Source: Chitinophaga pinensis
GTDB taxonomy: Bacteria > Bacteroidota > Bacteroidia > NS11-12g > UBA9320
NCBI GenBank assembly: GCA_945889315.1
Contig: CAMDBP010000003.1
Location: 326-64,325, forward strand
DNA length: 64,000 nt
Direction: 5' to 3'
Shown: one piece after another, positions 46,138 to 56,779 of the stretch
Layout of the letters: each line of letters begins with the position of its first letter
How positions within the stretch are numbered: position 1 is the stretch's first letter
Program-made: the position numbers and the translations under genes
Notes under the pieces: generated by a model
Told to the model about the DNA's origin: nothing
The model's database searches: none
The model's input: the letters and a program-made list of their open reading frames with translations, nothing else

Positions 46138-46893
46138 ATGAATGTTTCTATAGTGCAATTGGACATAACTGCTAAAAATACGAAAGCTAATTTCGGTAAG
46201 ATAGAGGCGTTACTCTCCAATCATACGTCACATTTGGTTGTACTTCCTGAGATGTTTAGCACTGGCTATATTACAGATGACACAACGCTAGCTGAACCTA
46301 TGGATGGGGAGATTATAAGCTGGATGCTCGATTACTCACAACGACAATCTACTGCTATTTGCGGCAGTCTGTTATGCCTAGAAAACGGTGAATTATTTAA
46401 CCGTTTTGTGATGGTAAGTCAAGGAGAGATTTTAGGGCATTACGATAAAGCTCACCTTTTTTCTATGGCCAATGAAAATGTACATTTTACGCCTGGTAAT
46501 ACCAAGGTAGATATGGTGTTGAATGGTTTTAAGATAAGACCGACTATCTGTTACGATTTAAGATTTCCATACTCTTCGTTTAACGACTCCGAATATGATA
46601 TTTTAATAAACGTAGCCAGTTGGCCAAGCCAACGTATAGGGCATTGGGATGCATTATTACGTGCCAGAGCAATAGAAAATCAAGCGTATGTTATTGGGTG
46701 TAATAGGGTAGGAGAACAGGTACATACAGAGGATAAAAAATCTCATTATCCTGGGCACAGTGGCGTTTATGGACCTGATGGTGAGCGTCTGGTACATTCG
46801 GTAAAGGAGGAAGTGCTAACATTAACGATTACCAAAGAAGTGATAGCAACTACTCGGAAGCAATTGCCGTTTTTAACGGACCGAAGAATGTAG
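46138..46893 (+). CDS. carbon-nitrogen hydrolase (nitrilase superfamily, omega-amidase/YafV-like)
   Basis: LPEMFSTGY (Glu), the CYDLRFP catalytic Cys motif, and a length of ~250 aa. Confidence 0.8.
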   Translation: MNVSIVQLDITAKNTKANFGKIEALLSNHTSHLVVLPEMFSTGYITDDTTLAEPMDGEIISWMLDYSQRQSTAICGSLLCLENGELFNRFVMVSQGEILGHYDKAHLFSMANENVHFTPGNTKVDMVLNGFKIRPTICYDLRFPYSSFNDSEYDILINVASWPSQRIGHWDALLRARAIENQAYVIGCNRVGEQVHTEDKKSHYPGHSGVYGPDGERLVHSVKEEVLTLTITKEVIATTRKQLPFLTDRRM

Positions 46894-46906
46894 TTCGGCG
46901 AGAGGA

Positions 46907-47512
46907 TTAATGCATTCTGTCGCCTCGTATGGCTAAAGTTTTAACCATTTCTGCTTCAAAAGCGACGTATTCTGCCCAACGGTTTAGTACATAGTTTTCG
47001 TCGGCGTATTTTTTGGATAGGTTTATAAATGCCTTATAATGTCCTGCTTCACTTACCATAAACTCGTGATAAAATTTTTGTAATTCGGGATCTTCTACAT
47101 GCAAACTGAGCAGTCTGAATCGTTCGCAACTGCGGGCTTCTATCATCGCAAAAGCGAGCAAATATTCTACGAGTTGCTTGGTAATATGATCTCCACCACG
47201 GATGAATCCGTTTAGCTTATTGACGTATTCATCTTTGCGCTGCGGTCCCAAATCATGGCCACGTTTTTTGAGCTCTTTGAGCACTTTTCTAAAATGACCC
47301 CATTCTTCTGCTACAATAGGAGCAATAATGTCTACCACTTCGGTATAATCACTAAATTTACTGATCATACTAATTCCATGCGTTGCAGCTTTCTGCTCAC
47401 ACCAAGCGTGGTCTGTGAGAATAAATGCGATGCTTTTTTTGGCGATATTTACCCAACGAGGGTCGGTTGCCATTTCTAGGCCTAAGGTAGTTTTGGATGT
47501 GGGTGACGCCAT
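46907..47512 (-). CDS. miaE: tRNA-(ms2io6A)-hydroxylase MiaE (ferritin-like di-iron)
   Basis: DHAWCEQKAA, EEWGHF and SEAGHY are di-iron ligand motifs. Length is 201 aa. Confidence 0.8.
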   Translation of the reverse strand: MASPTSKTTLGLEMATDPRWVNIAKKSIAFILTDHAWCEQKAATHGISMISKFSDYTEVVDIIAPIVAEEWGHFRKVLKELKKRGHDLGPQRKDEYVNKLNGFIRGGDHITKQLVEYLLAFAMIEARSCERFRLLSLHVEDPELQKFYHEFMVSEAGHYKAFINLSKKYADENYVLNRWAEYVAFEAEMVKTLAIRGDRMH

Positions 47513-47675
47513 AGGTGCAAAAGTAATATATGAGTTGTGGTATAGGATGTTAGATTTATGATTTCGGACTAGTGTTAACTAGCTTGAAATACTGGTTTTT
47601 ATCGAGTATTAAATAAGTTTCTAGTCCTTCGCTAAACTTTGTATGACAAAAAGAACTGATTTACTACAAGCTTCC

Positions 47676-49022
47676 CTAAAACACCAATAACACGCCCGTA
47701 AACACTACCAAACCGATTAACATAAGAATCAGCGTGTATGGCAAGATTTCCTTGGCTTTTAATCCTGTTATACTCAACAAAGGCAACGCCCAAAAAGGCT
47801 GCATCATATTGGTAAGTTGATCTCCATATGCCATGGCAAGTATGATTTTGGGTAGTGGCACACCCAGTTTAATAGCTGCATCTAGTACGATAGGACCTTG
47901 TATAGCCCATTGCCCGCCTCCGCTGGGCACAAATAGGTTCACCAATCCTGCACTTAGGAATGTGTAAATCGGGAGCGTTTGAGCATTTGAAATCGTTATA
48001 AACCAATCCGAAATAAGGTTAATTAATCCGCCGCTTTGCATCAAGGCAAGTATCCCAAAATACAGCGGGAATTGAATTAGTATTCCCGACGAACCTTTAA
48101 TGGCATCATCTATAGCTTCTAGAAAAGTTTGAAAGTTTTGATGAAGTAGAAGACATAAGGCAAGCATACCAAAATTGATATAGTTAGGTGATATAAATCC
48201 TAAGCTAGGTCCCTCATAAATAACGGCAATGTAAATGGCAAGTGCAACCAACCCAACGCCTATAGATTTGCTGACGAAACCGAGGTGATCTATGAATTCA
48301 GCACCTTGCAGATGATTGGGTTTTTCGTGTTTTAGTTTAACCGCTTCAATACTCGGTATACCTGAATTTAAACGTTTACCTAACAGATAAAACACAAGTG
48401 GAATAAGAACCAGGAGTAGTAAAAAGCCTGTAATATTGAGTGAAGAAAAGACCGTTTGAGAGTAGGTTACAGCATCGGGCAGTGAAGTGTTATGGGCTAT
48501 TTCTTGTAGATGTCCCTTTTCTGCTGCCTTTGCCAATGCTGAACCAGATAACCCGCCATGCCAAACCATTAAACCAACATAGCCAGAGGCTCCTATAAGC
48601 GGATAGTTTAACGGTAACTGTTGTTTAGTAAAACGTTCACCTATTTTTCGAGCGATAATGGCTCCAAAAACCAACGCCAATCCCCAGTTGATAAAAGCAA
48701 CTAATATGGTGCTAAACGTAACAATAGCAGCTGCTTTAGCCGTGGTATTGATGGGTTTAATCAGGGATGAAACTAACGCGTCAAAAAAACTGCTTAAGGC
48801 TAAGGTATGTCCTAAAACTAGCATGAGCATCATCTGAAACGCAAATGCGAGTAAATTACTATTCCATAAGCCTTCTTGCCAATCTAACAGTAATTCGGTG
48901 GTAGGTTTAGGACTGTATACTAGGGTAAGAAAGAGCGTGAAAAGTGTGAGCAACACTGCAATACTAAAGGGCGAAGGGAGTAACCTCCGAAACCAATTGG
49001 CGTAGTGTTGCGTAAAACTCAT
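47676..49022 (-). CDS. short-chain fatty acid transporter (AtoE-like) family membrane protein
   Basis: 448 aa and polytopic. The N-terminus, ...FRRLLPSPFSIAVLLT, is typical of the family. Confidence 0.65.
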   Translation of the reverse strand: MSFTQHYANWFRRLLPSPFSIAVLLTLFTLFLTLVYSPKPTTELLLDWQEGLWNSNLLAFAFQMMLMLVLGHTLALSSFFDALVSSLIKPINTTAKAAAIVTFSTILVAFINWGLALVFGAIIARKIGERFTKQQLPLNYPLIGASGYVGLMVWHGGLSGSALAKAAEKGHLQEIAHNTSLPDAVTYSQTVFSSLNITGFLLLLVLIPLVFYLLGKRLNSGIPSIEAVKLKHEKPNHLQGAEFIDHLGFVSKSIGVGLVALAIYIAVIYEGPSLGFISPNYINFGMLALCLLLHQNFQTFLEAIDDAIKGSSGILIQFPLYFGILALMQSGGLINLISDWFITISNAQTLPIYTFLSAGLVNLFVPSGGGQWAIQGPIVLDAAIKLGVPLPKIILAMAYGDQLTNMMQPFWALPLLSITGLKAKEILPYTLILMLIGLVVFTGVLLVF

Positions 49023-49495
49023 AGGTAACTCACCAGTTCTTCCAAATAAGTGGCATCTACGTTGTCAAATGCACCAAATTCGGTACTGTCTATATCTAAC
49101 ACCGCGTAAACTTCATTATTACGAACACATGGAACCACAATTTCAGCATTACTAAGTGCACTGCAAGCAATATGTCCAGGAAACTGATGCACATCTGCTA
49201 CAATTTGTGTTTGTTGTAGTTGCCAAGCTGTGCCGCATACACCTTTCCCCAATTGGATGCGTGTGCAGGCAATTGGTCCGTTAAAAGGGCCTAATATCAG
49301 CTCGTTATTTACCACACGGTAAAATCCAATCCAGTGGTGTGGAAAATGTTCCATGATCAATCGGCTGACATTAGCCATATTAGCTACATCATCTACCTGT
49401 TTATCTACAAGCGATTTGGCTTGTTTCAGTAAATTTCGGTATACTTCTTCCTTGTTCAATGTTACAATAGTATTAATTATCGAATAGAAAGACAT
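49019..49495 (-). CDS. GAF-domain protein (free methionine-R-sulfoxide reductase type)
   Basis: GFYRV, GKGVCGTAW and a length of 158 aa. 4-nt overlap with the downstream transporter gene. Confidence 0.75.
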   Translation of the reverse strand: MSFYSIINTIVTLNKEEVYRNLLKQAKSLVDKQVDDVANMANVSRLIMEHFPHHWIGFYRVVNNELILGPFNGPIACTRIQLGKGVCGTAWQLQQTQIVADVHQFPGHIACSALSNAEIVVPCVRNNEVYAVLDIDSTEFGAFDNVDATYLEELVSYL

Positions 49496-49651
49496 TTCAA
49501 AACGAAATTACTTTTAACCTAAATAAACTGGTCATGAATTTATCTCCTGAAAAAATCCTCCTGATTGTACTGGCAATTAATGCCCACTTCTTACTCGGCT
49601 TATTCCTTTTTTGGAACTAGCAATAAAGAAGAAGCAGGTTATACGTTTCAT

Positions 49652-51046
49652 TTACTTCTTTTTCAAGACGATATAACCCCATCCATCTAATACTCCTGTT
49701 GAAGCGTCATACTTATCAGAAAGGTCTACGCCGTAGCCTTCCAAAGCAGATTTAGGGTATGAGGCATCTGCGGTAGAACTAACGTTCACTACAATTCTGT
49801 ATTCAGCATTCACGCCACGATCTACGGTAATCGTATTCTTGCCTTGAAGTGCTTTAGGAAAAACCATCGCACTAGTTGTAGCCATGGCTTTATCAGATTT
49901 GATTCTGTTTAAACTCTTATAGAATCCGAAGTAATCTTTAGCATCTTTTCCTTTCCAGTCGATCTCATCTTTACCGAAGAAACTTAAGCGATGATTTAAT
50001 CCTACTTCTTGTCCACTGTATATAAGAGGCATTCCTCGTACACCGTAGCTCAAAACGGCCATTGCTTTCCACGATTTACCTAATCGTTCGCCGATGGTAC
50101 CGTTCCAACTATTTTCATCGTGATTGGTGATGAAATTCATAGGGAAGGCCCTTGTTCCGTTGATGCTGTCTTTGTTTTTAACCACACGGATAATTTCACT
50201 TGCGGTAACTTCACCTTTAGCTAGTTTATTAAATACGTGATGCATTTCCCAACCGTAGTAGGCATCAAAAGCCTTGTCAAATTGATCTGGTTTGTGCGTT
50301 TCACTTTCTGCAAGCATAAACATAGGTTTTATTGTTTCTAATGCAACTCTTGCTTCGTTCCAAAAGTCTGTGGGTACTTCCATAGCCACATCGCATCTAA
50401 AACCATCTAAATCACATTCTGTAACCCAAAACTGCATGCTTTTGATCATTTCTGCGCGCATTTCTTTGTTTTCATAGTTTAGGTCTGCCACGTCTGTCCA
50501 GCCCCAAGATTTTCCATCTTCTCCAATCGGATCCGTTATTTTTCCGGTGCTGTCATGCGTGTACCAATCAGGATGCGCGGTTATCCAAGCATTATCCCAA
50601 GCGGTATGGTTTCCTACCCAGTCTAAGATTACTTTGATGCCCATATCATGACATTTAGCAATAATTCGTTTGAAGTCTTCTACCGTTCCATAATTTGGAT
50701 TTACCGCTTTATAATCGGAAATAGAGTAGGGACTGCCCCAGTATTTATCGTAATCCGGATTAGGTAAGTCTTGAACAAAGGTATCCCCTACTGCTTTTCT
50801 ATTTAGCTTGCCTATGGGTTGAATGGGCATGAACCAAAGTATGTCCACTCCAAGTTCTTTAAGTTGTGGTAATTTGGCTTCAAACGCCGCAAAGGTGCCT
50901 TCAGGGGTATATTGCCTAACGTTTACTTCATAAATGGTCGCATTTTGTACCCATTCAGAGGGTGATGCTACTTCGATAGTGGCTTCTTTGGCAGAATTAC
51001 AGGCAAATAAACTAAAGATTAACGCGCTAAAAATGATTTTTTTCAT
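49652..51046 (-). CDS. GH13 alpha-amylase-family lipoprotein
   Basis: Lipobox LFACNS, plus DWVGNHT, LDGFRCDVAMEVP and FITNHDE conserved regions. Confidence 0.85.
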   Translation of the reverse strand: MKKIIFSALIFSLFACNSAKEATIEVASPSEWVQNATIYEVNVRQYTPEGTFAAFEAKLPQLKELGVDILWFMPIQPIGKLNRKAVGDTFVQDLPNPDYDKYWGSPYSISDYKAVNPNYGTVEDFKRIIAKCHDMGIKVILDWVGNHTAWDNAWITAHPDWYTHDSTGKITDPIGEDGKSWGWTDVADLNYENKEMRAEMIKSMQFWVTECDLDGFRCDVAMEVPTDFWNEARVALETIKPMFMLAESETHKPDQFDKAFDAYYGWEMHHVFNKLAKGEVTASEIIRVVKNKDSINGTRAFPMNFITNHDENSWNGTIGERLGKSWKAMAVLSYGVRGMPLIYSGQEVGLNHRLSFFGKDEIDWKGKDAKDYFGFYKSLNRIKSDKAMATTSAMVFPKALQGKNTITVDRGVNAEYRIVVNVSSTADASYPKSALEGYGVDLSDKYDASTGVLDGWGYIVLKKK

Positions 51047-52167
51047 GGTGTATGTGTTCTGAAAATTTCGGTGGTTGCAAATAAGGAAATGAAAAAGGAG
51101 CTTAAGGTAATGAAGCCCAATGATTCGGTATAGTCGGACAAGGTATTTCCAATGAATAACTCCGAGCTAAAGGTTATGAGTACTAAAGGAATAACTAAAA
51201 AATACTTCTTATTGGAATTTTGTAACTGATAAAAAAGAGCAATTACCACTGGCACCAGAAATACAAAGTAGCATTTCCAAGCCAAAGGAGAGAAAACAGG
51301 AATGAAGGAAAGCGATATAATAAATTGATACGCCAGCTGGTGTTCTGCTTTCTTGTTTTGTATAAAATGATAAGCCACATAAATAGCTGCAAGTGATATA
51401 ATGGACAGGCTAATCAGTTTCGTCTGGCTAACATCTAATGACGTTAGGTTAAAAAAGAATTCGTTAAATCTAGAGGTATGTGAAAATAACCCACAAACCC
51501 AACTCCATAAGGATTGGTTAAAATGATTGCAATCAAAGCCTAAAGCTACTTGTTTTACATACCATTCAACGTACAAAGAAGTCTTTTTTAATCCAAAGAA
51601 AGCGAGTACAGCGAGGTGGGTAATTACAAGTCCTAATAAGGTAAATAAAAGCCACCTAAATTTCTTTTTGAATACTAAAAAAGGCAAGATGATTATAGGA
51701 TATACCTTGGTTGCCATCAAACTAGCGAGCACTATGCCAGACAAGAAAGTACGGTTTTTTTGCGCCAAATCAAACGCTAACAAGCAGAGCCAAAGCAGGT
51801 AAACGTTAACTTGTAAGTTACTTACTTCTTCTATAAAAATGCGGAAAGTAAGTAAAAAAGGTACTAAAAACGTGGCGTCTGTTAAGGCTATTTGATTTGT
51901 TTCTGTTGTCTTTAGTTTAAGAACCAGTTTTTGTTGAAAAAACGTAAAAAGAGTCCATTTAAATATATGCCAATAGGCTATTACGATACCTACTAACCAA
52001 ATCAATCGCAATCCAAAAAAGCTTATAGCATCTAGCCAATAGAGCGGAATGGTAATAATACTCATAAATGGAGGCCAAGTATTGCGATGCGCGGAGTAAA
52101 TATACACTTGGTTCCACGCTAGTTTTCCAGCTTCCACATAACCACCAAAATCACCTTCGCGTTGCAC
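51043..52167 (-). CDS. DUF2029/GT87-like polytopic membrane protein
   Basis: About 10 TM helices. The GTG start at 52167 omits a preceding in-frame TM helix (see findings). ATGA overlap with the GH13 gene downstream. Confidence 0.55.
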   Translation of the reverse strand: MQREGDFGGYVEAGKLAWNQVYIYSAHRNTWPPFMSIITIPLYWLDAISFFGLRLIWLVGIVIAYWHIFKWTLFTFFQQKLVLKLKTTETNQIALTDATFLVPFLLTFRIFIEEVSNLQVNVYLLWLCLLAFDLAQKNRTFLSGIVLASLMATKVYPIIILPFLVFKKKFRWLLFTLLGLVITHLAVLAFFGLKKTSLYVEWYVKQVALGFDCNHFNQSLWSWVCGLFSHTSRFNEFFFNLTSLDVSQTKLISLSIISLAAIYVAYHFIQNKKAEHQLAYQFIISLSFIPVFSPLAWKCYFVFLVPVVIALFYQLQNSNKKYFLVIPLVLITFSSELFIGNTLSDYTESLGFITLSSFFISLFATTEIFRTHTP

Positions 52168-52259
52168 ATCCCTTAGAATTTCTAAACCAAGAAAGATAGC
52201 ACATGCTGCGATTAAAAATACAGATAGCTGATAGCGATATGTTTGAAAAAAGCGGATAA

Positions 52260-54500
52260 TTAGTTAATTGTATAGGTCCAGTCCGATTTATTTAACGTTA
52301 CGGTAACTTCATTGCTAAAGTACTTACGTTTATAGGTTAAACGGTTTTCAGTGTTTTCTAGGATGGTAAAATCCCCATAAAGTAGCGCCATATTATCCGT
52401 ACGAAACTGGGTAAGTCTGCCAATTTCTTTCTGAAGTGCAATTTCTTCTTTGCTTAGATTTTCAAAGCGCATCATTCGTCTATTGTCAGGGTCACCTGCA
52501 CCCGTCATGCCTATTTCGTCACCATAATAAATAATGGGAATACCCGGAATAGTCATGTTAAACGCGTTGAACATTGCCATTTTTTTATACGCTATGTTGT
52601 CTTGTACGGTAATGTCTTGCTTCCAGCCAATGCGTTTGTACTCTTGACCTGGTAAATCAAACGGCAAGCTTCCATCGGCGTAGCCCATAAATCGTGGTTT
52701 ATCTTGATTGCCTGTAATGTTGCCCATCAAGTGATGGTAACCGTATGTAGTTAAGCTCGCTTCTAGGGCTTCAGCCAGCTGCGTCATACTTGCCTGTTCT
52801 TTAGCAAATACAGGAAGTGCTTTGTCGTACATATTAAAGTCAAACTGTGCATCTAGCATTCCAGAACTAATATAACTGTTAATTAGATCGTGGGTGCCAT
52901 ACGTTTCGCCTATTTGGTAAATGTATTTCCCTTTTTCCTTACTCACCAATTTTACTTTTTTGGAAAGATTGCGCCAAAAATTCTCCGGAATATGTTTAGT
53001 AGCATCGTGTCTAAATCCGTCAAAATCATACTTGGTAACCCAAAATAGTGCTGAGTCAATCATGAAGTCAGCCACTTTTGGATCTTCCAAATTAAGCGTA
53101 GGAAGGAAAGTATCAAACCACGTGGTAAGTCGGTGATCGTCCCAACGTTCGGTATTCATAGTACCATCGGGAAGATAGAGTGGCGTCACCCAGTCTTTGT
53201 GTTGTTGGTAGACAGAATGCTGTTCATGTACGTGATTGGCAACGTAATCGAGCAAAACACTGAGTCCGTTTTGATGCGCTACGCTAAGCATTTCTTTTAC
53301 ATCTGCTTCAGAGCCTAATCTAAAATCTACAGTGGTAGAGGTAACAGGCCAGTAGCCGTGATACCCACTAAACTTGGTTTCTGGATCATGAAACTGACCC
53401 CAAGCGTCTATTGGGTTTTGGGTAATAGGAGAGACCCAAATGGTATTTATATGAAGGTCTTTGAAATAACCACTTTTTATTTTCTGGGTAATTCCCTGAA
53501 TATCACCACCGTAATATTGGGCTTTGGGTAATATTGCAGGATCGTTTACCGGATGATTATTTGATTTATCGCCATCTACAAATCTATCTACCATCATAAA
53601 ATACATAATGCTGCTATGCCAATCACTGTTATTTAGTTTTTTAGCATCGGTAATTACGTTTCCTTTTTCCAGTGGTATCAGCAAGTCATTGCTTGCAGCG
53701 TCTTGGTTGTATCCAAAAATTCGAATGTGAGAGCGGTTTGTATTCCTGGCAAAGACAGGAATTACGATTTTAAAATTATTACCTTCTTTTTTGGTTTCTA
53801 TGCTGAAGTTGTTCCAATAGGCATAAATAGCATCGGTATGTGCCGAAGAAATCACAATTTCCTTGGTTGAAAAAGATTCGGTTACAATGGAAGGTATTTG
53901 CTCTTTAGACGGCCCCGAAACATCTAGCACATTATTTAAACCACCCATGCCATTACTTATGGTTACGGGGTTACTTGGATCGTCTATTTCTTTACCATCG
54001 GCTATAAGCTTGTATTGATACTTTCCAGGCTTAACATTTAATTGGGCTATCCAGTTGTTATTCGTAGACTTAATGAGCTGGGTTTGGGAAGGATCCCAGT
54101 TGTTGAACTCGCCTTTTACACTTACTGACGAATAATCCTCTTTGAAGTCTATGCGTATTGCTGCGGGTTTGGTTTTCTTTCCTTTTACTAGGATAGCATA
54201 AGGAATACCCTCAGCGTAGATGGTTAGATTACTCAGCGGCTTTGTATTTTTGCTTACTAAGTACAGGTTGGCCGTATCCAACGATATCGTTATAGCATCA
54301 TCCGAAACGACAGAATCAATATGCATAGGAATCTCAAAATAATCAGCAATAACTACCACGGTAGTATCACCTACCAACTGAATAGGAGAGGCCAAACCAA
54401 AGAGCTTAGAAGCCTCCGGAGTCGACGTATTTTTTGAGCATCCTGCTGCCAAAATAAGAAAAGTAATTGCAAGACCGATTGACTTAGTTAGATGGTGCAT
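52260..54500 (-). CDS. GH13 family glycoside hydrolase lipoprotein with N-terminal E-set/CBM48-like domain
   Basis: Lipobox LAAGCS, KGEFNNWD...GKYQYKL (CBM48-like), DYVANHV, FDGFRHDATKH and the GDPDNRR regions. Confidence 0.85.
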   Translation of the reverse strand: MHHLTKSIGLAITFLILAAGCSKNTSTPEASKLFGLASPIQLVGDTTVVVIADYFEIPMHIDSVVSDDAITISLDTANLYLVSKNTKPLSNLTIYAEGIPYAILVKGKKTKPAAIRIDFKEDYSSVSVKGEFNNWDPSQTQLIKSTNNNWIAQLNVKPGKYQYKLIADGKEIDDPSNPVTISNGMGGLNNVLDVSGPSKEQIPSIVTESFSTKEIVISSAHTDAIYAYWNNFSIETKKEGNNFKIVIPVFARNTNRSHIRIFGYNQDAASNDLLIPLEKGNVITDAKKLNNSDWHSSIMYFMMVDRFVDGDKSNNHPVNDPAILPKAQYYGGDIQGITQKIKSGYFKDLHINTIWVSPITQNPIDAWGQFHDPETKFSGYHGYWPVTSTTVDFRLGSEADVKEMLSVAHQNGLSVLLDYVANHVHEQHSVYQQHKDWVTPLYLPDGTMNTERWDDHRLTTWFDTFLPTLNLEDPKVADFMIDSALFWVTKYDFDGFRHDATKHIPENFWRNLSKKVKLVSKEKGKYIYQIGETYGTHDLINSYISSGMLDAQFDFNMYDKALPVFAKEQASMTQLAEALEASLTTYGYHHLMGNITGNQDKPRFMGYADGSLPFDLPGQEYKRIGWKQDITVQDNIAYKKMAMFNAFNMTIPGIPIIYYGDEIGMTGAGDPDNRRMMRFENLSKEEIALQKEIGRLTQFRTDNMALLYGDFTILENTENRLTYKRKYFSNEVTVTLNKSDWTYTIN

Positions 54501-54549
54501 AGTGTCATTTTTACGCTAAGGCAATTATAGGAAAAAATACAATACGCTG

Positions 54550-56769
54550 TTAACTGTGTATTTCTATTCCTTTTTTCGTAACAGAAACGTTTTTTACATC
54601 TCCATTAAATCGGATTTTAAATGAAAATCCATCCCAATTTTCAGGTAAGAACGGCTTGAATGTAAGTTCACCGTTTTTAACGCGCATACCTGCAAATCCT
54701 TTGACAATACTTAGCCATGTTCCTGCCATACTCGTAATATGAAGTCCGTCACGCGTATCATTGTTATAATCGTCGAGGTCTAGACGGGCAGTTCTAAGGT
54801 AAAATTCATACGCACGTTTCTCATCGCCTAGTTTAGCTGCTAAAATACTATGCACACAAGGGCTCAAAGAGGATTCGTGTACGGTGAGTGGTTCATAAAA
54901 GTCATAATGACGCTTATGCTCTTCGTGTGTATATTCGTCTTCAAAGAAATAAAACCCTTGTAAGGTATCGGCTTGTTTTATGTAACAGCTACGCAATATT
55001 CTATCCCAGCTCCAATGCTCAACAATAGGGCGTTGTGATTCAGGAAGGTCTTTCACAGGTATTAACTCCTTGTCTAAAAAGCCATCTTGTTGCAGAAAGA
55101 CTTGGTGTTTTTCAGAATAGGGATAGTACATATTCGCTGAGATATCGGCCCATTTAATGGCTTCCGTGTCATTATACTTTGTTTTTGAAAGTATTTTCGT
55201 GTACTCATCTGGATGATTTTGCTCCACCCAAGTAAGAGATTCTCGGCAATAATCCATGCACCAAGCGGCTAATTTATTGGTGTACCAGTTATTATTTACA
55301 TTGTTCTCAAATTCATTGGGGCCAGTTACACCTAACATGACGTATTTCTGTTGGTTTTCACTCCAATTTACGCGTTGCGCCCAAAAGCGAGCTATGCCCA
55401 CAAGCACTTCTAAGCCATACTCTGCTAGGTATTTTTTATCGGCTTTATAGTTGATGTAATCATAAATTGCGTAGGCAATAGCCCCGTTTCTATGTATTTC
55501 TTCAAAGGTTATTTCCCATTCATTATGGCATTCTTCACCGTTCATGGTGACCATAGGATAAAGTGCCGCTCCGTCGGTAAAACCAAGTTTCTCGGCATTT
55601 TCAATTGCTCTATCTAGGTGTTTGTATCGGTAAATAAGCAGATTTCGCGCTACTTCTGGATTTGCAGTGGCCTGATAAAATGGTAAGCAATACGCTTCGG
55701 TGTCCCAGTATGTACTTCCACCATATTTTTCGCCTGTAAATCCTTTAGGTCCTATATTTAAGCGTTCGTCTTCACCCGTATAGGTACAGTTTAATTGGAA
55801 AATATTAAAACGAATGGCTTGTTGCGCGGAGATATCTCCATGGATAACGATGTCACTTTCTTCCCATTTGGCTGCCCAAGTATACTCATGATTTGCTTTC
55901 AGAGTTTCAAAAGAGGCATTCTTAACGCTAGCCATCTCAGTTTCGAGAACCGTTTGAACATTCTCTTTTTCGTAGTCCAAAGATGATATAATAATGGCTT
56001 TTTTCTCGATGCAAACAAGAGAGTCTTTTTTCAGTTTAAACGCTGTGGTAGAGGAAGCGTATTTTTTGCTTGTCTCTGCATTTTCGGCGTGCATTTGCTC
56101 GCCATTTGTAACGATTTGCGTATTTGTCGTTACGCCTACATAAAAATCGGTTTTCTTGGTTTTGGCTATCAACAGAGCAGTTTCTTTGGTCGCCATCGTA
56201 TTTACCCCAATCCAAAATTTTTCGTCGTAGTTAGAGTCTGCATTCACGATAGTACCGTCAATACTAGATTCTATGCTTACAGTTGCATCTTTATCTAGTG
56301 AAAATGAATAAGATATGGCACCTAAGTTACTTTTAGATAAGCTACAAAAACGCGTGATATTAGCTGTAATTGTAATTCCATTTTGCATTTTTGCTGTAAA
56401 CGAACGGTGTAACAAGCCTTTTTGCATGTCAAGTGTTCTGCTAAATGCAGAAACCTCACACTTCGCAAGATCAAGCTCTTCGTTATTAATCGTTATGTTA
56501 AGACCTATCCAATTTGGCGCGTTGAGAACCTTGGCGAAGTATTCAGGATAACCATTTTTCCACCAACCTACACGTGTTTTATCGGGGTAGTACACACCGG
56601 CTACGTAGTTTCCTTCCAAGGTATCACCACTGTATTTTTCTTCAAAGTTGGCTCTTTGTCCAAACTTACCATTTCCGATGCTAAAAATACTTTCGGATAC
56701 GCGATTGACATGCATGTCAAATCCTTCCTCGATAATATGCCAAGGATGATGCTTTATGTAGTTTTTCAT
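54550..56769 (-). CDS. GH65 glycoside phosphorylase (maltose phosphorylase type)
   Basis: 739 aa with N-terminus HPWHIIEEGFD. (alpha/alpha)6 core motifs, and beta-phosphoglucomutase is encoded directly upstream (56780-57430). Confidence 0.88.
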   Translation of the reverse strand: MKNYIKHHPWHIIEEGFDMHVNRVSESIFSIGNGKFGQRANFEEKYSGDTLEGNYVAGVYYPDKTRVGWWKNGYPEYFAKVLNAPNWIGLNITINNEELDLAKCEVSAFSRTLDMQKGLLHRSFTAKMQNGITITANITRFCSLSKSNLGAISYSFSLDKDATVSIESSIDGTIVNADSNYDEKFWIGVNTMATKETALLIAKTKKTDFYVGVTTNTQIVTNGEQMHAENAETSKKYASSTTAFKLKKDSLVCIEKKAIIISSLDYEKENVQTVLETEMASVKNASFETLKANHEYTWAAKWEESDIVIHGDISAQQAIRFNIFQLNCTYTGEDERLNIGPKGFTGEKYGGSTYWDTEAYCLPFYQATANPEVARNLLIYRYKHLDRAIENAEKLGFTDGAALYPMVTMNGEECHNEWEITFEEIHRNGAIAYAIYDYINYKADKKYLAEYGLEVLVGIARFWAQRVNWSENQQKYVMLGVTGPNEFENNVNNNWYTNKLAAWCMDYCRESLTWVEQNHPDEYTKILSKTKYNDTEAIKWADISANMYYPYSEKHQVFLQQDGFLDKELIPVKDLPESQRPIVEHWSWDRILRSCYIKQADTLQGFYFFEDEYTHEEHKRHYDFYEPLTVHESSLSPCVHSILAAKLGDEKRAYEFYLRTARLDLDDYNNDTRDGLHITSMAGTWLSIVKGFAGMRVKNGELTFKPFLPENWDGFSFKIRFNGDVKNVSVTKKGIEIHS

Positions 56770-56779
56770 CTACGAATTC

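Noticed and set aside
49534-49620. 28-aa hydrophobic ORF (MNLSPEKILLIVLAINAHFLLGLFLFWN) between the GAF and GH13 genes
   Set aside because: It is too short, has no recognisable family, and has no supporting signals. It could be a real small membrane peptide, but it cannot be supported from sequence alone.
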